A stretch of DNA of 15,005 nt, from the NCBI GenBank assembly GCA_963842945.1, contig CAWJIM010000013.1:1-15005 (forward strand). Reading direction: 5' to 3'. Shown piece by piece: positions 1-9,335 of this stretch (positions are counted from its first letter, which is position 1; each line of letters begins with the position of its first letter). The position numbers and the translations under genes are program-made. This DNA is from an uncultured Gemmatimonadales bacterium. Its GTDB lineage: Bacteria; Gemmatimonadota; Gemmatimonadetes; Gemmatimonadales; GWC2-71-9. The notes under the pieces were generated by a model, which was not told where the DNA came from, did no database searches, and was given only the letters and a program-made list of their open reading frames with translations.

Positions 1-38
1 CCGGAGGAAACCCGTGTCGAGCCGCGCGCGCTGGTCGC

Positions 39-67
39 TTGACAGTCCCCGTCCCGCTCTGTAACTC
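39..67 (+). promoter_or_regulatory. putative sigma70-type promoter for the 227..529 gene
   Basis: Perfect TTGACA at 39-44. Only a weak -10-like TGTAACT at 60-66 follows. Confidence 0.35.
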
Positions 68-226
68 AGAGTCGCCAATCCCACGACAAATCACACACGG
101 CGAAAGCCGGGGCCGCGGTGTTTATCGGGACTGTGCGCTGCCACCCGCTGCACCAACAGCGATTTGAGAGGTTACCCCGCGCCGGGGGGAGCCCGGCATC
201 GTCTGCAGAAAGAACAGGTGGTTACC

Positions 227-529
227 ATGGCGATTGCACTCTACCTGGAGTTTCCCGGCTTCACGGAGCAACAGTACGATGCGGTGCTCCTGGAGCTGAA
301 CCTCGGCGGCCATCTGGCGCCAGGAGGGGTGTTGCACTGCGCCGGCCCGATGGAAGGGGATGCCGGCTGGCGCGTCGTGGACGTTTGGGAGTCCCAGGCC
401 GATTTCGACCGCTTCCGGCGCGAGAAGCTCGACGCGGCGATGCGCAAGATCGGGGCGGAGATGCCCCCGCGGGTTATCTCGTGGCCCGTGCACAACGTAA
501 TGCTCGGTGAGCGTGCGCCCGCGAGGTGA
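227..529 (+). CDS. small hypothetical protein, dimeric alpha/beta barrel (ABM/antibiotic biosynthesis monooxygenase-like) fold
   Basis: ATG at 227 is preceded by AGGTGG (216-221). The 100-aa product has G-x-x-x-H-x-A-G-P...GWRVVDVWESQADFDRF, typical of small ABM-like barrels. GC-rich third codon positions. Confidence 0.75.
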   Translation: MAIALYLEFPGFTEQQYDAVLLELNLGGHLAPGGVLHCAGPMEGDAGWRVVDVWESQADFDRFRREKLDAAMRKIGAEMPPRVISWPVHNVMLGERAPAR

Positions 530-765
530 CCATCCTGCCGGACGGCACGCTGCTGTTTGACGAGGAACGCGTCAGACTGACGCCGCTCTGAGCCCCCATA
601 GGACAAGGTGGACTGAGGAATGGAGCGGGGTGGAAGCATCGCCCCCGTTTCAGTTAGGCTCCGTGTATTGATCTCTGGCACTCCTTACGAGTGCGAGACA
701 CATTGAAGCGCGCCCCTACCCGGCAATCCCGTGACTAAAGTCGACTCAGCCCTCGGTGATAAGAC

Positions 766-3360
766 GTGACCAGCGCCGCAGACCGGTTGGACGCCGCTCT
801 GAGCGGCCGGTACGTCATCGAGCGTGAGCTCGGCCGGGGCGGCATGGCCACGGTGTATCTCGCACGCGACCTTCGGCACCGCCGCCATGTCGCGCTCAAA
901 GTGCTCCACCCCGAGCTCTCGGCAGTGCTCGGCTCCGAGCGCTTCCTGAAGGAAATCGAGCTCACCGCCAACCTGCAGCACCCGCACGTGCTTCCGCTCT
1001 TCGATTCCGGTGAAGTCGACGGCCTCCTCTACTATGTCATGCCATTTGTGGATGGCGAGACACTCCGGCGCCGGCTCGAGCGAGAGCAGCAGCTGCCGGT
1101 GGCCGAAGCGGTGCGCATCACCTGCGAGGTAGCCGACGCCCTGCAGTACGCCCACAAGCATGGTGTGGTACATCGCGACATCAAGCCGGAGAACATCCTG
1201 CTCCACGACGGCCGCCCGCTGGTCGCCGATTTCGGGATCGCCCTGGCGGTGCAGCAGGCCGGCGGCAACCGGATGACGCAGACAGGGCTCTCGCTGGGAA
1301 CCCCGCACTACATGGCGCCGGAGCAGGCCACCGGGGAGCGAACCGTCGACCACCGAGCCGACATCTACGCGCTTGGTGCGGTGACCTATGAGATGCTGGC
1401 AGGCGAGCCGCCGTTTACCGGCCCCAGCGCGCAAGCCATCATCGCCAGGATGCTCACCGAGGATCCGCCGGGGCTCACCGCGCATCGGCGGAGCATCCCC
1501 GACCAGGTCGAGGCAGCGGTGCTCACGGCACTGGAGAAGCTGCCGGCGGACCGGTTTGCCAGCGCCGCCGATTTCGCAGCCGCGCTCACCGCCGACGGGT
1601 CCCGTCCGCTCAGCAGGCCCGGGGCAAGGACCTCCAGTGCTGCCCCGGGCCGCTGGCGAGCCGTTGCGCTCGCCGCCACTGCCCTGGCGGTTGCAGCCAC
1701 AGGAATCGCCCTGTGGAACTGGAAGACCAACCCCCGCGCGGCTCCCCCGGTCATCCGGCGCGCCGAGTTCACTATGGCCGGTCAGTTCGAGGTCGGTGGC
1801 GCCCAAGTCGCTGCATCGGCCGACGGGCGTACCATCGCCACGACCGATGGGGGACAACTCGTGGTCCGCCGAGTCGACCGGCTGGAGCTCATCACGGTGC
1901 CTGGCAGCGTGGGAGCGATCGAACCCTTTCTGTCAGCGGACGGCACCCACATCGGCTTTCATCGGCGGGGAGAACTGGTGCTGCAGCGGCTCGATGGCGG
2001 TGACGCAGTGACGATGCCGTTCGTCAGCGGTCGCTTCCCGGCAGATGGCGGTGGCGGCAGCGTGGTGGCCATAGACAGCGCCGGGCTCGTGCTCCTGCAG
2101 CCACAATCATCCCGGCGCCAGCTTCTCGTCCCAGCGCCGCGCGGGGTGGAGTTCCTGCAGCCCCAAATGCTACCTGATGGACGCCACGTCCTGTTCAGCT
2201 CGATGCGGGGATCGCCCACGCGCGCACGTATCCTCTCCCTGGACCTGCGGTCCCGTCAGGTGGATACCCTGTTGGACGAGAGCGGCCTGCGTCCTCAGTT
2301 CGCCGATGGTCGGCTCTATTTCATCCGCCCGGACGGAACCCTGCAGGCGATCGATTTCGATCCGGTGAAGGCGCGCACTCGCGGCACGGTCGTGCCGACC
2401 GGGGACGTGACCCTCATCGCCCGCACCGGCCGGGTGGCGTTCGCCGCGGGTGCGGGGCTCTTGGTCTCCGCCCAGCGGCCGGACAACCGGGTCGTGATTC
2501 TGTCGCCCGACGGCCGGCGCGAGGTGCTGACCACCGAGCTAGGCACCTTTCACAACCCGCGAGTCTCTCCCGATGGCCGACGCATCGTGCTCGATCGGAA
2601 CGTGGGCGGCCGGCAAGGACGGGACGTGTGGGTCCTCGACCGTACCACCCGCGGGTTGAGCCGCATCACCTATAAGGGCGACGCCCACGACCCAGTTTGG
2701 ACCCCCGATGGACATCACGTCACTTATCTATCCCTCGGAACTTCAGAAGGGCCGATTTTCACCGCGTCGGCAGACGGGGATGCCGGCGAGCGTCACATGA
2801 CCATCCCCGGCCTGGTCCACCCGGGCGTGTGGCTTCCCGACGGACGGCGCTACGTGGTCGGTTATGGGGAAATCGAGAATGGACCGAGCGACATTGTCAT
2901 ACTGAATGCCGACGGCGGCCCGCCCGAGCCGGTGGTCACGTCGCCCTACGAGGAGCACTCGCCTGCCCTCTCGCCGGATGGCCGCCTGATGGCGTACATG
3001 AGCGACGAGACCGGTCTCAGGCAGGTGTACGTGCGCGGGCTCAGCCGTCAAGGAGGTCGCACCCTGGTCTCCGAGGGGCCCGGAGAGGAGCCGGTATGGA
3101 GCCGCGATGGCCGACGCCTCTACTATGTCGAGCATCAGGGCGCCACGTCGCGGCTCCTTGCCGCGCACATCGACCCGGCCAGGCCAGGCGCACCGCCGCG
3201 GGTGGCCTCGCGGGAGATTGTCATCGACCCGCTCCGCTACGATCCCGTCAGCAATCATGCGAACTGGGACGTGACACCCGATGGCCGTTTCGTCTTCATC
3301 GAGCCGCTCTCGGGGGGCCGATTAATGATGGTCTTCGATTGGAGGCCGACAGGGCGGTAG
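766..3360 (+). CDS. Hanks-type Ser/Thr protein kinase with a transmembrane helix and C-terminal TolB-like (PD40/WD40-like) beta-propeller
   Basis: Kinase motifs GRGGMATVY, VALK, HRDIKPEN, DFG and GTPHYMAPE. Hydrophobic segment WRAVALAATALAVAATGIALWNW. Repeated P-x-x-S-P-D-G motifs (PRVSPDGRR, PVWTPDG, PALSPDGR, PVWSRDGR). GTG start. Confidence 0.95.
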   Translation: MTSAADRLDAALSGRYVIERELGRGGMATVYLARDLRHRRHVALKVLHPELSAVLGSERFLKEIELTANLQHPHVLPLFDSGEVDGLLYYVMPFVDGETLRRRLEREQQLPVAEAVRITCEVADALQYAHKHGVVHRDIKPENILLHDGRPLVADFGIALAVQQAGGNRMTQTGLSLGTPHYMAPEQATGERTVDHRADIYALGAVTYEMLAGEPPFTGPSAQAIIARMLTEDPPGLTAHRRSIPDQVEAAVLTALEKLPADRFASAADFAAALTADGSRPLSRPGARTSSAAPGRWRAVALAATALAVAATGIALWNWKTNPRAAPPVIRRAEFTMAGQFEVGGAQVAASADGRTIATTDGGQLVVRRVDRLELITVPGSVGAIEPFLSADGTHIGFHRRGELVLQRLDGGDAVTMPFVSGRFPADGGGGSVVAIDSAGLVLLQPQSSRRQLLVPAPRGVEFLQPQMLPDGRHVLFSSMRGSPTRARILSLDLRSRQVDTLLDESGLRPQFADGRLYFIRPDGTLQAIDFDPVKARTRGTVVPTGDVTLIARTGRVAFAAGAGLLVSAQRPDNRVVILSPDGRREVLTTELGTFHNPRVSPDGRRIVLDRNVGGRQGRDVWVLDRTTRGLSRITYKGDAHDPVWTPDGHHVTYLSLGTSEGPIFTASADGDAGERHMTIPGLVHPGVWLPDGRRYVVGYGEIENGPSDIVILNADGGPPEPVVTSPYEEHSPALSPDGRLMAYMSDETGLRQVYVRGLSRQGGRTLVSEGPGEEPVWSRDGRRLYYVEHQGATSRLLAAHIDPARPGAPPRVASREIVIDPLRYDPVSNHANWDVTPDGRFVFIEPLSGGRLMMVFDWRPTGR

Positions 3361-3390
3361 GGCTCCGGGGGGCTTCCCCTAGAAAATGCG

Positions 3391-4512
3391 CTACAGCCGA
3401 AAGAAACCCTGCAGGTCCGCCACGATAGCTTGCGTGAGGTCATCCTGGGTGGTCAATACATCTCCTACCACCCTGTCGTATCGATTGGACCACAAGTACG
3501 AGCCGTCACTGGTGTCCAGCAGCCGGACGATCAGTCGTACTCGACTCCCGACTTGCCGGATGATCCCTTCCAGAATGGCATTGGGCCCAGGACGGGGCAG
3601 CCGCTCCAGCGAGCCCACCGCCGTGACCCGCACCGACTCCAATCCGGCCAATCCACTCCTGAGGTCTTCGACCAAACCTTCCGCCAGGTAGGTCTCGGGC
3701 ATCGAGCCGAGCTTGGTGAAGGGGAGGATGGCGATGAAAATCCGGCCGCGCGGGCTCACCAGAGCGGAGCCCGATACCGCCGCCGTCTGACGCAGCCGGT
3801 CGGCCAGGGCCAGCACCGCGGGATTGGGTGATGCCTCCAGCTCCCGGTTGAGACCTTCCTCATATCGGCGGGCACTCTGCAGCGCCCCGGCCCGGTCTCC
3901 ATGCGCGGCCAGCGCCGACATGAGCCGGATGATCACCCGGGAGCTGAGCGGCTCGTACTCGGCCAGCTTACTCCACCATCGCGCCGCCTCGGCCCGGTTC
4001 CCCCGCGCCTCTGCTTCGATCGCCAGGGTCTCCAACGCCTCGGTGAATGCCCGGGCGCAGGCCACCCGCTCTCCTTCGACCCAGCGCTCGAACTCGGGAG
4101 CTCCGCTCAGGAAGAACCCGTCCAGGAAGGGGCCGCCCATAGCAGGCGACCGCCTGCTCCGACTCTCCGGCTGACACGCCGCCTTGAACTCGGCCACATC
4201 GCTGCCGATCCGGCTCGAGTCGAGACGGATCTCCGCATTTCCCGGAGATACGATGACGTCGCCCAGACGCCGCCGAAGCGCGTGGCACAGCTGACTCAGC
4301 CGGTGGCGCACTTTCTTCGCATCGGCCTCCGGCCACAACCAGGCAACCAGCTTGTCACGGCTCAGACCCCGCTCACCGGCGGAAGCCAGCAGCGCGAGCA
4401 GGGCCAGCGACTGAGGCTGAGCCGCTGTCCCGCGCACGGCACCCGCTGGTCCTACCACTGCGGGACTACCAAAGGTCCTCAGCCTGAGACCGAGAGCAGG
4501 GGCGTCTGACAT
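3391..4512 (-). CDS. BTAD/SARP-family transcriptional activator with C-terminal TolB-N-like (IAILPF) domain
   Basis: N-terminal winged-helix (LRTFG...LALLALL...SRDKLVAWLWPE), BTAD region (SDVAEF...GPFLDGF...EFERWVEGER...EPLSSR...LMSALAAHGDRAGAL) and C-terminal IAILPF...LWSNRYDR domain. A compensated frameshift pair is likely near 4140-4175, because the alternative frame reads GESEQAVACYG. Confidence 0.9.
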   Translation of the reverse strand: MSDAPALGLRLRTFGSPAVVGPAGAVRGTAAQPQSLALLALLASAGERGLSRDKLVAWLWPEADAKKVRHRLSQLCHALRRRLGDVIVSPGNAEIRLDSSRIGSDVAEFKAACQPESRSRRSPAMGGPFLDGFFLSGAPEFERWVEGERVACARAFTEALETLAIEAEARGNRAEAARWWSKLAEYEPLSSRVIIRLMSALAAHGDRAGALQSARRYEEGLNRELEASPNPAVLALADRLRQTAAVSGSALVSPRGRIFIAILPFTKLGSMPETYLAEGLVEDLRSGLAGLESVRVTAVGSLERLPRPGPNAILEGIIRQVGSRVRLIVRLLDTSDGSYLWSNRYDRVVGDVLTTQDDLTQAIVADLQGFFRL

Positions 4513-4548
4513 CTGTCTGACAGGGCTCTGATGGGGTTGGGCTATTGT
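4504..4548 (+). promoter_or_regulatory. putative SARP/BTAD operator: three 11-bp-phased direct repeats plus a -10 box
   Basis: GTCTGACA (4504-4511), GTCTGACA (4515-4522) and CTCTGATG (4526-4533) occur at exact 11-bp spacing, followed by TATTGT at 4543-4548, upstream of the 4599 gene. Confidence 0.6.
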
Positions 4549-4598
4549 AGCCCTCGGTACTCAGCCCGGCAAGCAAACCTTGGATCAGGAGGTGGCTC

Positions 4599-5156
4599 AT
4601 GCGCTCCCATCAATTCCCTCTCGGCGGCCTGGTTGCTCTGAGCCTCCTCATCAGCTGCGACCAGTCCTCCCCAGTTTCGCCATCTGGCGCCTCATCGGCC
4701 GACATCCCCATGGCAACTTCGGCAGGGTCCCGGCCCTGGAAGGAGTCGTACCACTCCACCGGCACCATCACCGCCGCCGCCCAGTGCCCGTCACCCCTTC
4801 TCCTCGAGAGCTACCAGGGCGGCGGTACTGCGACCCACACTGGCAAGTACGATATTGTGAACTCTCACTGTCTCGATCCGGCGACCGGCGCCCTGACCAA
4901 TGGCACGTTCGTCAAGACGGTGGCCAGCGGCGATCAGCTCTTCGGCACCTATGTCGGCAGCGCAAGCGTGATTCAGCCGCCGACTCCAGTTGCGATCTTC
5001 GGTATCACCGGTACACTCAGCTTCACCGGGGGCACGGGCAGGTTCACCGGAGCGACCGGCACCACCACGATGTCGGGTACCGAGCAGGCCGATTTCTCTC
5101 AGACGCCGATAGCGACGCAAGACGAGCTCACCATGGTGGGCGAGATCTCCTACTAG
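4599..5156 (+). CDS. predicted lipoprotein, possibly an allene-oxide-cyclase/dirigent-like beta-barrel
   Basis: AGGAGG RBS upstream. Signal peptide ends in the lipobox LISC. The body is beta-rich and contains FTGGTGRFTGATG, a motif seen in AOC/dirigent-like barrels. Confidence 0.75.
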   Translation: MRSHQFPLGGLVALSLLISCDQSSPVSPSGASSADIPMATSAGSRPWKESYHSTGTITAAAQCPSPLLLESYQGGGTATHTGKYDIVNSHCLDPATGALTNGTFVKTVASGDQLFGTYVGSASVIQPPTPVAIFGITGTLSFTGGTGRFTGATGTTTMSGTEQADFSQTPIATQDELTMVGEISY

Positions 5157-5167
5157 GAGGATGAACC

Positions 5168-6919
5168 ATGACCGCTTCGACCGCAGCGTCACTCAGGCAG
5201 ACCCGCGCGTCTCCCGTTTCCATTCCGGCCCCCACCGGCCAGTCGCAGCTCGAAGCCGCGGTGGCTCGGCTCCGTGAGAACGCCCGCAAGTTCACCGGGT
5301 TGTCACTCGATGAGCGGGCGCAGCTCGCTCGCTCGATGCAGGCCGGCTACCTTCGGGTCGCTCGGGCCAGCGTCGAGGCCGCCTGCGCCGCCAAGGGAAT
5401 TCCTCTCGGCAGTCCGCTGGAGGGGGAGGAATGGACCCTGGGACCCTGGTTCGTCGTGCGGCAGCTCCGGCTGATCCGCCAGTCGCTGCTCGCCCTCAAG
5501 CACATCGGCAACACTCCTATCGGGCAGGTCGGCCGCACGGTCGACCAGCGGATCGCGGTGCAGGTCTTCCCCGCGGGAACCATAGACGGGATGCTGTTCC
5601 AGGGAGTCCGGGTAGACGTGCACCTGCAGTCCGGAATCACCGAGGAGGAGATGAATGCCAGTAGAGCCAGCTTCTACAAGTCCCCCGATCACGAGGGCCG
5701 AGTAGTGCTGGTGCTCGGCGCCGGCAACATCAGCGGGATTCCCACCAAGGACCTGCTCACCAAGATGTTCAACGAGGGGAAGGTGTGCGTCCTCAAGATG
5801 AACCCGGTCAACGCCTATCTCGGCCCGTTCCTAGAGGAGGCCTTTTCCGACCCGATCCGGCGCGGCTTCCTCGCCGTGGTCTACGGCGGCCCTCAGGAGG
5901 GGGCGTACCTGGCCAACCATCGGGCCGTCGACGAAGTGCACCTCACCGGTTCGGACAAGACCTTCGATCAAATCGTGTGGGGACCGGCAGGACCCGATCG
6001 CGAGCGTCGGAAGGCTGAAGGGAGACCGGTACTGGAGAAGCCGGTCACCGCGGAGCTGGGTAACGTATCGCCGGTCATCGTGGTGCCGGGGCCCTACAGC
6101 GACAAGGAGCTGGCCTATCAGGCTGAAGACGTCGCCGCGGGGCTCACGTTCAATGCCTCCTTCGACTGCAACGCCAACAAGGTCCTTATCCTCCCGAAGG
6201 GCTGGGACCAGCGGGAGGTGTTCCTGGCTGGAGTGGAGCACGCCCTAAGCAAAGCCGCCGCCCGCCGGGCATACTATCCCGGGGCACGGGATCGCTGGCT
6301 GGCCTACTCCAAGGGCCACTCGACGATCCGCCGCTTCGGCTCCGAGTCGGAGGACGTGCTCCCCTGGACGATGGTTCGCGATGTCGATCCGAGCAACCGC
6401 GACGAACCCGCTTTCGCCTCGGAATCGTTCTGCCCCATCCTGTTTCAGACCGAGATCGGAAGCGCCGATCCGGTCGAATTCCTGGACCGGGCGGTGACCT
6501 TCGCCAACGAGCGGCTCTGGGGAACGCTCTCCGCCGGACTGGTGATTCATCCCAAGACCAGCAAGGACCCCACACTTGGCCCGGCGGTGGAGCGGGCTAT
6601 CACCAAGCTGCGCTACGGCTCGGTCAACGTGAACGCCTGGTCCGGTTATGTGTTTGCCTTCGGAACGCCACCCTGGGGCGCGCATCCCAGCTCGACCCTT
6701 GCCGACATTCAGAGCGGCCGAGGCTGGGTGCACAACACCCCGATGCTGGAGGGGATCGAGAAGGCGGTGCTGCGGCATCCGATCACCGCGATGCCGAAGC
6801 CGACGTATTTCCCCTCTCATCGAAGCGCCCACGTCCTGATGCGGCGCATGACGACGTTGGAGGAGAACGCCAGCTGGACCCGGGTACCCGGCGTGATGGC
6901 GGCGGCAATGAAAGCGTGA
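5168..6919 (+). CDS. aldehyde dehydrogenase family protein (long, atypical subfamily)
   Basis: VLVLGAGN, LKMNPVN, HLTGS, catalytic Glu in TAELGNVSP, catalytic Cys in NASFDCNA, ESFCP and FANERLWGTL. The GGAGG RBS overlaps the upstream stop codon. Confidence 0.9.
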   Translation: MTASTAASLRQTRASPVSIPAPTGQSQLEAAVARLRENARKFTGLSLDERAQLARSMQAGYLRVARASVEAACAAKGIPLGSPLEGEEWTLGPWFVVRQLRLIRQSLLALKHIGNTPIGQVGRTVDQRIAVQVFPAGTIDGMLFQGVRVDVHLQSGITEEEMNASRASFYKSPDHEGRVVLVLGAGNISGIPTKDLLTKMFNEGKVCVLKMNPVNAYLGPFLEEAFSDPIRRGFLAVVYGGPQEGAYLANHRAVDEVHLTGSDKTFDQIVWGPAGPDRERRKAEGRPVLEKPVTAELGNVSPVIVVPGPYSDKELAYQAEDVAAGLTFNASFDCNANKVLILPKGWDQREVFLAGVEHALSKAAARRAYYPGARDRWLAYSKGHSTIRRFGSESEDVLPWTMVRDVDPSNRDEPAFASESFCPILFQTEIGSADPVEFLDRAVTFANERLWGTLSAGLVIHPKTSKDPTLGPAVERAITKLRYGSVNVNAWSGYVFAFGTPPWGAHPSSTLADIQSGRGWVHNTPMLEGIEKAVLRHPITAMPKPTYFPSHRSAHVLMRRMTTLEENASWTRVPGVMAAAMKA

Positions 6920-6989
6920 ATGTAGAGCGGCATCTGGCTGGGCTCCTCCCAGGGTGGTATTCTATCGGAGAGCCCTCCGGATACCCACT

Positions 6990-9281
6990 TTGCCAGATCT
7001 GCAGGACCAGCTCACGGCCACCCTCCACGGCCGCTACACCATCCGCCGCGAGATCGGCCACGGCGGGATGGCGGTCGTTTATCTCGCCCACGACCTCAAG
7101 CATGACCGTGATGTGGCGCTGAAAGTGCTCCACACCCGTTTGGCGGAAGTGCTGGGACGGGAGCGGTTCCTGCGGGAGATCCGGACGGCGGCGCAGCTGC
7201 ATCATCCTCATCTCCTGCCGCTCTATGATTCGGGGGATGCCGGCGGGTCCCTCTACTACGTGGTGCCGTTCATCGAAGGCGGGTCGTTGCGTGACCGCCT
7301 GTCTCAGGAGGGTCGGCTTGGGTTGGCCGCTTCGCTCCAGATCGCCCGCGAAGTCGCCGGAGCGCTGGACTACGCTCACCGGCACAATGTGGTGCATCGC
7401 GATATCAAACCGGAGAACATTCTGCTGGACGAGGGCCATGCCGTCGTTGCCGACTTCGGGATAGCACGCGCGATCAGCGAGGCGGCCGATGCCCAGATCA
7501 CTCAATCCGGGCTTCTGGTGGGCACGCCGGCGTACATGAGTCCGGAGCAGGCCGCTGAGGAAGAAATCGACGGGCGGAGCGATATCTACGGGCTCGGGTG
7601 CGTGTTGTTCGAACTATTGACCGGAGAGCCCCCGTTTGGGGGAAAGACTCCGCTGGGCACTCTGGCTCGCCGGCTAACCGAGAGGGCGCCCCGACTCTGC
7701 GATCGCGGGGTCTCGGCGCTGCCCCGATTGGAAGAGACGATGGCTTGCGCACTGGCCCGTCATGCCGAAGACCGTTTTGCTACTGCGGGCGAGTTCGCGG
7801 AGCAGCTCGCCGCGGCGGCGAGTGAAATCACTCAGCCTCCGGGAATGCTCAGCGGCGAACTCGGACATCCCGTCCCTTCGGGCACGGCGCAGCTCGAGCG
7901 CCACGCCATTGCCGTTCTCCCCTTCGTCAATCTCAGCACGGAGCGGGAGAACGAGTACTTCAGTGACGGCATGGCGGAGGAGATCATCAACGCGCTGACC
8001 CAGGTGAAGGGGCTGCGGGTTGCGGCGCGAACCTCCTGCTTTGCGTTCAAGGGGAAGGACCTCAATGCTCAAACCATTGCCCAGCGGCTGAGGGTGAACA
8101 GCCTGGTCGAGGGAAGCATACGCAAGCTGGGCAACCGAATCCGCCTTACCGCTCAGTTGGTCGATGGAGCAGATGGTTATCAGCGGTGGTCCCAGACCTA
8201 CGAGCGCACCATGGACGATGTCTTTGCCTTACAGGAAGAGCTGGCCCAGGCAATCGTGCGTGAGCTCCCGCTTCCGGTCTCCGCGTCGGCGGCACTAGTG
8301 TAAGCCCGTAACGGAGAACCTGGAGGCCTATACCCTGTACATGAGAGGGCGGTACTTCGCCAATAAGCGGACGCCGGACGGTCTTCGGGTAGCCACCCAA
8401 CACTTCGAGCAGGCGATCGAGCTGGACCCATTCTCCGGTCCGGCGCGGAGCGGCTTGGCCGCCTGCTTGTCGCTGCGGGGATTCGAGGAGTTCGGTGACC
8501 TGCCGCCCTGCCAGGCGATGCCGAGGGCGAAAGCAGCGGCACTCAGAGCCATCGAGATCGACCCGGCGAACGCCGAGGCCCATCTCTGGCTGGGGGTGGT
8601 GCCATGTTGTTTGACTGGGACCGGAACCGATCCGAGGTGGAGTTGAAGATGGCAGCGGAGTCAGGCCAGAACCCGATTGCGCAGCTATGGTATGCTGTTT
8701 TTCTGGCGAGCAGATCGAGGCTACGAAGAGAGCATCGCGTGCATTCTCCGGGCTCAGGCGCTCGACCCGCTCTCCCTGCCGGTTCACCAGACCGTTGCCC
8801 GCTGTTACGCCTGGGCAGGGGAGTACGAGAAGGCGCTGGAGCAGCTGCGGGCAACGCAGCAGATGGAGCCGCACCATCCGTTGATCTACGCCTGGTTGGG
8901 ACGAGTATTCCTGGGGATGGGCCGCTTCCAGGACGCATTGGCCGAAGTACAAAAGGGCATGGAGGTCGTCGGCAGGCTGCCGCTTTTGCTCCAGCTCGCC
9001 GGGGTGGCCTATGGCCAGCTGGGCCGCAGGCAGAAGCGGGGACGATCGTCCAGGAGCTGCGGGAGCTATCGACCCGTCAGTACGTGTCCCCGATTTACCA
9101 GGCGTATGTTCTGGGGGCGATGGGTGAGCTGGACGAGGCCTTTCGAATGTTCGACCGCGCCGTAGAGCAACGGAGCGGGCTCCTGTGCGTTACTGAATGT
9201 TACCCAGGAAAATGCCGCCACGCTGTTAGATCGGATCCGCGATTCGCCGCGTTGTTGAAGAAGGTTGGGCTCGAGGAGTAG
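6990..9281 (+). CDS. Ser/Thr protein kinase with TolB-N-like domain and TPR repeats (about 4 frameshifts in this assembly)
   Basis: Kinase motifs GHGGMAVVY, VALK, HRDIKPEN, DFG and GTPAYMSPE, then an IAVLPFVNLS...YFSDGMAEEI domain. The TPR tail (EAYTLYMRGRYF, AIELDP, FDWD, ALDPLS, RSDPRFAALLKKVG) is split across ORFs 8341, 8604 and 8677, with shifts near 8300, 8600, 8720 and 9030. Start taken as TTG at 6990; the ORF opens at 6954. Confidence 0.88.
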
Positions 9282-9335
9282 TGCCCCGCCGCGCGCCTCG
9301 TCACACCGAAGGCTGTGCGGCTCCAGCGACGAAGG

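Noticed and set aside
579..804. 15-bp direct repeat GACGCCGCTCTGAGC at 579-593 and 790-804 as a target-site duplication or att site
   Set aside because: The second copy is inside the kinase coding region, and there is no integrase, transposase or terminal inverted repeat. Probably coincidental or an old local rearrangement.
685..1857. Long antisense ORFs opposite the kinases (also 6783..7505) and other shadow ORFs
   Set aside because: These are typical antisense and alternate-frame ORFs of GC-rich coding DNA, with no recognisable motifs.
3358..3390. Bidirectional terminator between the convergent kinase and BTAD genes
   Set aside because: Only a short GGGG/CCCC stem with a 4-nt A run is present, which is too weak to call.
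8290..9040. Programmed frameshifting or separate TPR genes downstream of kinase 2
   Set aside because: No slippery heptamers or RBSs are evident at the junctions. The fragments stitch into one standard kinase-TolB-N-TPR protein, consistent with indel errors.
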